Source of the DNA: Syntrophobacterales bacterium
Lineage (GTDB): Bacteria > Desulfobacterota > BSN033 > WVXP01 > G020346125
Direction of reading: 5' to 3'
Length of the DNA stretch: 64,000 nucleotides
Assembly (NCBI GenBank): GCA_020346125.1
Contig: CP070774.1
Location: forward strand, 1,565,147 to 1,629,146
The notes below the pieces were generated by a model, which was not told the origin of the DNA, ran no database searches, and saw only the letters and a list, made by a program, of their open reading frames with translations. The position numbers were made by a program, and so were the translations under genes. Below, piece after piece: positions 57,337-64,000 of the stretch (position 1 is the stretch's first letter; every line of letters begins with the position of its first letter).

Positions 57337-57579
57337 TTACAGAATTGGTTTTTTCTCCTCTTCCGCTCCCTTTTCCTTCCGTTTTCTCCGGGAGTAGCCC
57401 GTCCAGGTGAGGAGCCATCCCAAGATGATGCCGATAAAAAGGGTGCTCAAAAGCATAAGCGCACTCGAGATGGAGGCCTTCCACAGGAAAAATTGAATAG
57501 CGACAACCTGGGTATTTTGTATGGTAAAGATGACGATCAAAATGGCTAAAACGATGAATACAATAGTTTTAACAGGCAT
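57337..57579 (-). CDS. LapA-domain (DUF1049) membrane protein, copy 1
   Basis: 80 aa, two TM helices (FTIQNTQVVAIQFFLW... GIILGWLL), basic tail. Confidence 0.6.
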   Translation of the reverse strand: MPVKTIVFIVLAILIVIFTIQNTQVVAIQFFLWKASISSALMLLSTLFIGIILGWLLTWTGYSRRKRKEKGAEEEKKPIL

Positions 57580-57599
57580 AAGGGACTTCTCCTCAGGAG

Positions 57600-57887
57600 T
57601 TACATTTTTTCCCGCTCATCCTGCAATTTCAGCGTCTTTCCCAATTTTTCAAGGGCTTCACCGGTCTCCTGCTTGAGTTTCTTCGTCTTCTCCTCCAACT
57701 TTTCCACCTGCTGGACGGTCTCCTTCCTAAACTTGTCCGTTCTCTTCTGCAGGGCTTTGACCTGGTCGTTCAGGCCAACCAATCCCCCCGTGCGCTGATA
57801 GCTGATGATGGAAAAGACAAGGGCAATGATAGCAATAATGAGGGCTAAAGTGGCCCTAAATCCACCCTTCACGATTTTTTCCGCCAT
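57600..57887 (-). CDS. N-terminally anchored coiled-coil protein with IIAIIAL..SI..YQRTGG motif, copy 1
   Basis: 95 aa, one TM helix plus heptad-like K/E-rich region. Shares the anchor motif with 56953..57297. Confidence 0.5.
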   Translation of the reverse strand: MAEKIVKGGFRATLALIIAIIALVFSIISYQRTGGLVGLNDQVKALQKRTDKFRKETVQQVEKLEEKTKKLKQETGEALEKLGKTLKLQDEREKM

Positions 57888-57961
57888 TTTTGCTCACCTC
57901 ATAAGGAGAATGTGATTTGGAATTTCAAGGCATCATCTTCCTTCCCGTGATCTGCTAGGAG

Positions 57962-59893
57962 TTATGCCGATTTCCGTTTGGGTTTTTCAACCTCAACGAG
58001 GGGTTTGCCCAGGACCCTTTTCAGGTCCTCCTCTTCCAAAACCTCTTTTTCCAAGAGCAGGGTGGCCATTTTTTTTAGTTTTTCCCCGTTCTGAACCAAT
58101 ATCTTCTTGGCTTTTGTATGGGTTTCGTCAACGATGCGTTTTATCTCTTCGTCGATCTCCTTGGCCGTTTTCTCGCTATATTCCTTAGAGGATGGAAAGG
58201 GGGATTGCAGGAAGAGGGGTCTCTTCTCCTTTTCGAAGGTGACGTAGCCCAGCTTCTCGCTCATTCCGTATTCCTTGACCATGCTGGTGGCGATATCCGT
58301 TGCCCTTTGAAGATCATTGTGGGCCCCGGTGGAGATTTCCCCGAAGGTGATTTCTTCGGCGATTCTTCCCCCCAACAACACGGCCAGTCGGTCCAGGAGC
58401 TCCGATTTGGTCATAAGGTATCTGTCTTCCGTGGGGAGTTGGAGCGTATAACCCAGGGCTGAGATGCCCCGGGGAATGATGGAAATCCGATGCACGTGAT
58501 CGGCGTTGGGAAGGACTGAGGCCACAAGGGCGTGGCCCGATTCGTGGTAGGCCACGATCTCCTTCTCCTTTTTGGACATTAATCTTCTCTTCTTCTCAAG
58601 GCCAGCTACAACCCGGTCGATGGCCTCTTCAAAGTCGTCCGTCTCCACCTGATCTTTGTTTTTCCTGGCAGCTAACAGGGCTGCTTCGTTCACGATGTTG
58701 GCCAGATCCGCCCCGACAAAGCCCGGGGTCCTGGCGGCGATTATCTTCAGATCCATCTCCTTGGACAATTTTACTCCCCGAGTGTGGACTTTCAATATCT
58801 CCTCCCTTCCCACGATATCGGGCCGATCCACCAGGATATGTCTGTCGAATCGCCCCGGTCTGAGCAGGGCGGGGTCTAAGATTTCGGGTCGGTTTGTAGC
58901 AGCCATGATTATGACGCCGGTATTGGGATCGAACCCGTCCATCTCTGCTAACAATTGATTCAGTGTCTGCTCCTGTTCGTCGTGCCTACCCAGCGGGTTA
59001 ACGCCCCTTGCCTTTCCCAGTGCGTCCAGCTCATCGATGAAGATAATACAGGGAGCCCGCTGCTGGGCCTGGGCAAAAAGATCCCTCACACGGGCAGCTC
59101 CCACTCCTACGAACATCTCCACGAAGTCGGATCCGCTAATGCTAAAAAAGGCCACATTGGCCTCCCCGGCTACAGCCCTCGCCAACAGGGTCTTGCCGGT
59201 TCCAGGAGATCCAACCAATAATACCCCTTTGGGTATCTTCCCCCCTAACTTTTGGAATTTCCCCGGGTTTTTCAGGAATTCAATTACCTCCTGCAACTCC
59301 TCCTTGGCCTCATCGATTCCGGCCACGTCTTTAAAGGTGATCCTATTCTCCTTTTGGGCAAAGATCTTCGCCCTGCTCTTTCCGAAGGAGAGGGCTCCCG
59401 CTTCGGGTCCCATCCTGGTGAAAAGTAGGCGCCATATAATGAAGAAGAAGATGATGGGAATGACCCAGGCAAAGATACCGCTCACCCATTTATTTTCCTG
59501 TTTTCCCTTATATTGGATTCCCTTGTCTTCCAGCGCCTTGATTAATTCCGGGTCTTCCACCCTCACCGTCTGGAAGGATTTGCCCGAATGGTCGATACCC
59601 TCTTCACCCTTTAACCTCCCCCGTATGGTCTGCGGGGTTATCACTAACTCCTCTACCCTGTTTTCCCTGACCAAGTCCTTGAATTGACTATAGGAGATTT
59701 CATTCGCCTTTTGGGCGCTTAAGTAGTTTTGCAGGAGGAAGATCAAAAGGAAGGCTATGATGACATACCATATGGTGAAGTGTGTTTTTCTGGATGGAGG
59801 CGGTGAACCCCTCTTCCTCTGTCCCGGGGAATCGTCTAACCCCAGTAAATCCCTTATGTTTGATTTATCCCTTTTCCCACCCTTTTTAGGCAT
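57962..59893 (-). CDS. ftsH: ATP-dependent zinc metalloprotease FtsH
   Basis: GSPGTGKT Walker A, SRH region, HESGHA zinc site. Confidence 0.95.
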   Translation of the reverse strand: MPKKGGKRDKSNIRDLLGLDDSPGQRKRGSPPPSRKTHFTIWYVIIAFLLIFLLQNYLSAQKANEISYSQFKDLVRENRVEELVITPQTIRGRLKGEEGIDHSGKSFQTVRVEDPELIKALEDKGIQYKGKQENKWVSGIFAWVIPIIFFFIIWRLLFTRMGPEAGALSFGKSRAKIFAQKENRITFKDVAGIDEAKEELQEVIEFLKNPGKFQKLGGKIPKGVLLVGSPGTGKTLLARAVAGEANVAFFSISGSDFVEMFVGVGAARVRDLFAQAQQRAPCIIFIDELDALGKARGVNPLGRHDEQEQTLNQLLAEMDGFDPNTGVIIMAATNRPEILDPALLRPGRFDRHILVDRPDIVGREEILKVHTRGVKLSKEMDLKIIAARTPGFVGADLANIVNEAALLAARKNKDQVETDDFEEAIDRVVAGLEKKRRLMSKKEKEIVAYHESGHALVASVLPNADHVHRISIIPRGISALGYTLQLPTEDRYLMTKSELLDRLAVLLGGRIAEEITFGEISTGAHNDLQRATDIATSMVKEYGMSEKLGYVTFEKEKRPLFLQSPFPSSKEYSEKTAKEIDEEIKRIVDETHTKAKKILVQNGEKLKKMATLLLEKEVLEEEDLKRVLGKPLVEVEKPKRKSA

Positions 59894-59990
59894 CTCGACT
59901 CTCTTCTGTTATTTCCTTCTAAGACCGAGCAGTCAGGCCCATTATTTACAAATGTAGCCGAAGTGACATCTATTTTCAACTTTTTTCCGT

Positions 59991-61292
59991 TTAGGCATCA
60001 TCTCCGAATACCCTTTGAAAGATCTCGTCCACGTGCCTCAGGTGACTATGGAGGTCGAAACACTCCTCGATTTCCTTGCGGGTGAGCACCGTGGAAATCT
60101 TCCGGTCCTTTAGGATCACCTCCTTGAAATCAGTCCCCTCTTCCCAAACATTCATGGCGTTCCTTTGGACCATTGAATAAGCTTCTTCTCGGGAAATCTT
60201 CCTCTTGGTCAATTCCAACATGAGCCTCTCCGAGAAGATTAATCCCTTTGTCTTTTCTAGATTGCTGGCCATGTTTTCGGGGTAAACCAGAAGCTTAGCG
60301 ATGATAGTAGTTACCCTGTTGAGCATATAATCCACGAGTATGGTACTGTCAGGGGCAATCACCCTTTCAACCGAGGAGTGGCTGATATCCCTCTCATGCC
60401 AAAGGGATATGTTTTCAAGGGTGGCCAATGAATTTGCCCTCACCAGCCGGGCCAAACCACAGAGATTCTCCGAGAGGATGGGGTTGCGTTTATGGGGCAT
60501 GGCTGAGGATCCCTTCTGCCCCTTTGTGAAAAATTCCTCCGCCTCGAGGACCTCCGTCCTCTGAAGGTGGCGAATTTCGACAGCGAACTTCTCAATGGAT
60601 GAGGCGATGATGGCCAATGTTGTGAAAAACTCGGCATGATGATCCCTTTGAATAATTTGGGTCGAGACGGGGGAGGGTTTCAGACCGCACTTACGACATA
60701 CGTAGTCCTCTACAAATGGGGGGGTATGGGCAAAAGTCCCCACGGCGCCGGAGATTTTCCCGCAGCTGATGGCCTCCTTAGCCCTTTCCATACGGGTCAG
60801 GTTCCTGTGCATTTCATCATACCAGAGGGCCATTTTTAAGCCAAAGGTAATCGGTTCGGCATGGATCCCGTGGGATCTGCCAATCATTATCGTATCCTTA
60901 TATGTAAAGGCCTTTTCTTTGAGGACTGAAAGGAAGTTACGGATATCCTCGATGATCAGTTCCGAGGACTCTTTCAAGAGCAAAGCCAGGGATGTATCCA
61001 GGATATCAGAAGAGGTGAGGCCGAAATGAATATATCGCGAAGCCTCTCCCACATGCTCGCCCACTGCCGTTAGGAAGGCGACCACATCGTGTTTCGTTAC
61101 TTTTTCGAGCTCAGCGATTCGTTCGATATCGAACCGCGCCTTTTCCTTAATTTCCTTCAAGGCCTGGAGGGGGATTTCTCCCATCTCCGCCCATGCCTCA
61201 CATGTCAGGAGCTCGATGTGAAGCCACTTTTTGAATTTGTTCTCGTCGGTCCAAATGCGTCCCATTTCCGGGCGTGTATACCTCTGAATCAT
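59991..61292 (-). CDS. purB: adenylosuccinate lyase
   Basis: MIQRYTRPEM..., SSAMPHKRNP signature loop. Confidence 0.95.
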   Translation of the reverse strand: MIQRYTRPEMGRIWTDENKFKKWLHIELLTCEAWAEMGEIPLQALKEIKEKARFDIERIAELEKVTKHDVVAFLTAVGEHVGEASRYIHFGLTSSDILDTSLALLLKESSELIIEDIRNFLSVLKEKAFTYKDTIMIGRSHGIHAEPITFGLKMALWYDEMHRNLTRMERAKEAISCGKISGAVGTFAHTPPFVEDYVCRKCGLKPSPVSTQIIQRDHHAEFFTTLAIIASSIEKFAVEIRHLQRTEVLEAEEFFTKGQKGSSAMPHKRNPILSENLCGLARLVRANSLATLENISLWHERDISHSSVERVIAPDSTILVDYMLNRVTTIIAKLLVYPENMASNLEKTKGLIFSERLMLELTKRKISREEAYSMVQRNAMNVWEEGTDFKEVILKDRKISTVLTRKEIEECFDLHSHLRHVDEIFQRVFGDDA

Positions 61293-61634
61293 AATTATCT
61301 CCTTAGTGGAATCGAGATAAGGCCATGATGGTGGAGAATTCGTGCAAGGGGCATTTAGTTGGAAGAGGAAAACCGTTTTTTAACGGTAACCTTGCCTTGA
61401 GGCGATGCTTTCAAAGATCCTAATGGATAGCGACCATCCTCCGCAGTTAGGATGAGAAATTCCCTCATCAGTTGCATTTCATTGTATCCGTTTAACGCTA
61501 AAAGTCAATATATATATTCAATACTAAAACAAACGTTGAATGATCCAAAAAAGGACATGAAGGGTTTATAGGGAGCTTCCCAAAAAACCACAAAATTCTC
61601 AAGAATTTGGGGAAAGGGAAGGCAGGAAGACATG

Positions 61635-61664
61635 TTGACAAAGGCCGGTTGAGTTTCATATCAT
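61635..61664 (+). promoter_or_regulatory. sigma70-type promoter for map
   Basis: TTGACA (61635-61640), 18-nt spacer, TATCAT (61659-61664). Confidence 0.4.
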
Positions 61665-61704
61665 GGTTTCATGTGACCCCCCAAAGTTCGGGAGCAGAAA
61701 ATAA

Positions 61705-62469
61705 ATGATCACCATAAGATCCAAGCGCGAAATCGATTGCCTCAGGAGAAGCAACCAGATCGTTGCCTCTGTTTTTCGCGAGATCAAGAAGATGGTGAGG
61801 CCTGGTATTACCACCAAGGAGCTCGATCGAGAGGTGGAGAGATTGATCAAGGCGCACGCGGGAATCCCCGCGTTTAAGGGATACAGGCCCCTGGGTTATC
61901 AGTCTGAGTTTCCGGCAAGCATGTGTATTTCCGTTAACGAGGAAGTGGTCCATGGCATCCCCGGACCCCGCAAGTTGAAAGAGGGGGATATCGTCAGTTT
62001 AGATGTGGGAGTATTGCTCGATGGTTATTACGGCGACGCCGCCATTACCCTTGCTGTCGGCACGGTCAGCGAAGAGGCGAAGAGATTGTTAGAGATAACA
62101 GAGAAGGCTTTATATGTGGGGATAGAAAAGGCGAAGCTCGGAAATCGCCTCTCCGATATCTCCCATGCCATTCAGGCGTATGCAGAGGAAAATGGATTTT
62201 CCGTTGTGAGGGATTTTGTAGGGCATGGGATCGGAAAATCCCTTCATGAGGATCCCCAAATCCCTAATTTCGGGCCTCCTCACCAAGGGCCGAGGCTGCA
62301 GCAGGGCATGATCTTTGCTTTGGAACCCATGGTAAACGCAGGAACCTGGCAGGTAACAAGATTGAGGGATGAGTGGACCGTCGTTACCGCCGATGGAAAG
62401 CTATCGGCGCATTTCGAACATAGCATTGCTTTGACAGATGGCGATCCTGAGATCCTGAGCATGGAATAG
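61705..62469 (+). CDS. map: type I methionyl aminopeptidase
   Basis: Full-length Map pattern (FKGY, VHGIP, DVG...GYYGD, HGIG, EPM, EHS). Confidence 0.95.
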   Translation: MITIRSKREIDCLRRSNQIVASVFREIKKMVRPGITTKELDREVERLIKAHAGIPAFKGYRPLGYQSEFPASMCISVNEEVVHGIPGPRKLKEGDIVSLDVGVLLDGYYGDAAITLAVGTVSEEAKRLLEITEKALYVGIEKAKLGNRLSDISHAIQAYAEENGFSVVRDFVGHGIGKSLHEDPQIPNFGPPHQGPRLQQGMIFALEPMVNAGTWQVTRLRDEWTVVTADGKLSAHFEHSIALTDGDPEILSME

Positions 62470-62569
62470 TTCCTCAGTGCTGCTGTGTTGCGGTGCTGCA
62501 GTTATGCAGTCTGAATGTTCATTCAATGAGGTTATATATTCGCGCTCAGAGCGGCCTTTTCTCACCAGC

Positions 62570-63052
62570 TCAGAGTTTATACTTGAATTTCCTCAGGAGG
62601 TCTTTTCGCCAGGCGGCATCATCCTCTTTTTCCACTCCCTTGGGGGGGGAACCATCGATTACCCCCATAATCCCCTTGCCCTGTTCTGTCTCCACAATGA
62701 TTACCTCGACGGGATTTGCCGTGGCGCAATAGATGGAGCAGACTTCCTGGCACATCTTAATAGCGTTGAGCACGTTGATGGGGAAGGCATCTTTCATCAC
62801 CACCACAAAGGTATGGCCCGCACTGATCTCCATGCCCATAGTTTCCGCGGTCTTTTTGAGATCGTCGTCATTTCCCTCCAGCCTCAATAGGCAGGCTCCG
62901 GAAGCCTCGCAGAAGGCGATGCCGAATTTGGCATTAGGCACCGTTGAGGCCATGATTTCGTATAGGTCCTCTACCGTCTTGATGAAATGGGTTTGCCCCA
63001 AGATTATGTTATAGCCCTCTGGAATTTCCAGTTTCACCGTCTTCAATTCCAT
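62570..63052 (-). CDS. adenosine-specific kinase family protein (COG1839/PF04008-like)
   Basis: GQTHFIKTVEDL...FGIAFCEASG...INVLNAIK...ATANPVEVI...GVIDG...WRK.LLRKFKYKL matches my recollection of this small conserved family. Confidence 0.7.
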   Translation of the reverse strand: MELKTVKLEIPEGYNIILGQTHFIKTVEDLYEIMASTVPNAKFGIAFCEASGACLLRLEGNDDDLKKTAETMGMEISAGHTFVVVMKDAFPINVLNAIKMCQEVCSIYCATANPVEVIIVETEQGKGIMGVIDGSPPKGVEKEDDAAWRKDLLRKFKYKL

Positions 63053-63053
63053 T

Positions 63054-63542
63054 TCACCTTACCTCCCTTTCCCCCTCTTGGATCATCTGCTCGATCAGTT
63101 CCCTGCTGGGATGTTCTGGAAAGATCTCAAGGCCCTTCTTTAAATAGATGGCCGACTCCTTGAGGTTTTCCATAACATAGTAAGTTGTTCCCAGGTTAAT
63201 ATAAGGCAGGTAAAAATTGGGGTCCAGCTTAATGGCCTTCTTGAATGCCTCAATCTCCCTTCGCTTCCAATCGAGGCTTCTCAACTGATCGTATTTGTAC
63301 CTGTAGGCGATTCCCAGGTAATTATATCCCACTGCCGAACGAGGTTCTATTCGCAGGCCTTTCTTATATCTCTTGATTGCCAGGTCGTATTTACCCTGTT
63401 TGACGAGCACGGCCCCTTCCTCAAAATAGGATGTTGCGCTTTTTTTATTCTGCATTCCGGCACAAGCAGCGAGGATGATCAATACAGCAAGGATAAGAAG
63501 AATAATCTTACCAACCGTTCTGTATATCCTCAATAAAACCAT
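63054..63542 (-). CDS. TPR-repeat lipoprotein
   Basis: Signal peptide with lipobox (ILAAC) and three TPR units. Its start lies 1 nt from the downstream gene. Confidence 0.75.
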   Translation of the reverse strand: MVLLRIYRTVGKIILLILAVLIILAACAGMQNKKSATSYFEEGAVLVKQGKYDLAIKRYKKGLRIEPRSAVGYNYLGIAYRYKYDQLRSLDWKRREIEAFKKAIKLDPNFYLPYINLGTTYYVMENLKESAIYLKKGLEIFPEHPSRELIEQMIQEGEREVR

Positions 63543-63802
63543 CTATATATCCCCCATAAGCCTTGCGGACCAATCCATTTTTCCCGAAATTCGGTCCCTT
63601 ATATTTGAACCCATACAAATACAACCACATGACATAAAAAGCCAATCATATACATCGATGTATACCACGTGCACTGGCAATGGTCAATAAGCTGAAATTC
63701 ACTCAATCTTTTAAGAGCTCCATTGCCTCTGAGCGTTATCTGGGGGAAAAGGATACAACAATAACTGATTATATACTCGTCATAGATGTCAGGAAATTTC
63801 GC

Positions 63803-64000
63803 TTAATTTTCGAGGGGTTGGCTTAAAAATGTGATTACCCTCAGATTCTCCCCATCGGTTTCGAAGCTGACCGAGCCATTGCTGTCCGTCCTCAGGATAC
63901 GACAGCCAAAATTTTCATATCGATTGAGGACTTTCGGGTTGGGTAGGTTGAAAATGTTTCGAAAACCCACGCTGAATAGAGCGTACGAAGGTTTGACGGC
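63803..64000 (-). CDS. 3' end of an unidentified gene (5' part outside the window)
   Basis: The minus-strand frame is open from the window edge to a TAA at 63805-63803 (...FRNIFNLPNPKVLNRYENFGCRILRTDSNGSVSFETDGENLRVITFLSQPLEN*). The tail looks like a beta-strand-rich hydrolase C-terminus, but no family can be asserted. Confidence 0.3.
   Translation of the reverse strand, partial: AVKPSYALFSVGFRNIFNLPNPKVLNRYENFGCRILRTDSNGSVSFETDGENLRVITFLSQPLEN

Overview
Chromosomal window from a bacterium of unknown lineage. By eye it is about 50% GC. Anaerobe-type gene content: a 4-subunit 2-oxoacid:ferredoxin oxidoreductase, GlcD/GlcF-type flavoprotein/Fe-S oxidases, an AbfD-family dehydratase and a corrinoid methyltransferase remnant. 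About 60 protein genes are supportable. I found no rRNA, tRNA or CRISPR. Layout: (1) 1-2600, remains of a reductive pyrimidine-catabolism locus: preA tail, a gutted dihydropyrimidinase, and an NCS2 permease with a strong promoter and terminator. (2) 4660-13499, a long minus-strand catabolic operon: two DAO-type flavoproteins, a GlcD/GlcF-like pair, a class-III aminotransferase, methylmalonate-semialdehyde dehydrogenase and a ferritin-like protein. (3) 13681-14853, a decayed corrinoid-protein/MttB-family pair. (4) Housekeeping genes: dNK, panC, an H1-like basic protein, plsC-like, korDABC. (5) An orphan TAXI binding protein and an orphan fixX-like gene. (6) A 7.07-kb module (sucCD, gntR, abfD-like, amidase, tauE-like) bracketed by about 330-bp imperfect direct repeats and abutting a tyrosine-recombinase remnant. 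(7) A proteostasis-rich stretch: coaBC, rpoH preceded by a perfect CIRCE operator, pepA, htrA, hsp20, and later ftsH with duplicated LapA-like modules. (8) A carbon-storage/osmolyte cluster: GH57 branching enzyme, otsAB, glgA, pyk, glycerate kinase. (9) purB and map. The most notable observations are the repeat-bracketed insertion with a gene-start stub, CIRCE control of rpoH, an unusually high density of gene remnants, two dispersed intergenic repeat families (one nested like Russian dolls), and the ftsH-linked duplicated two-gene module. All functional calls rest on motif and family recognition by eye from the translations. No database search was run.
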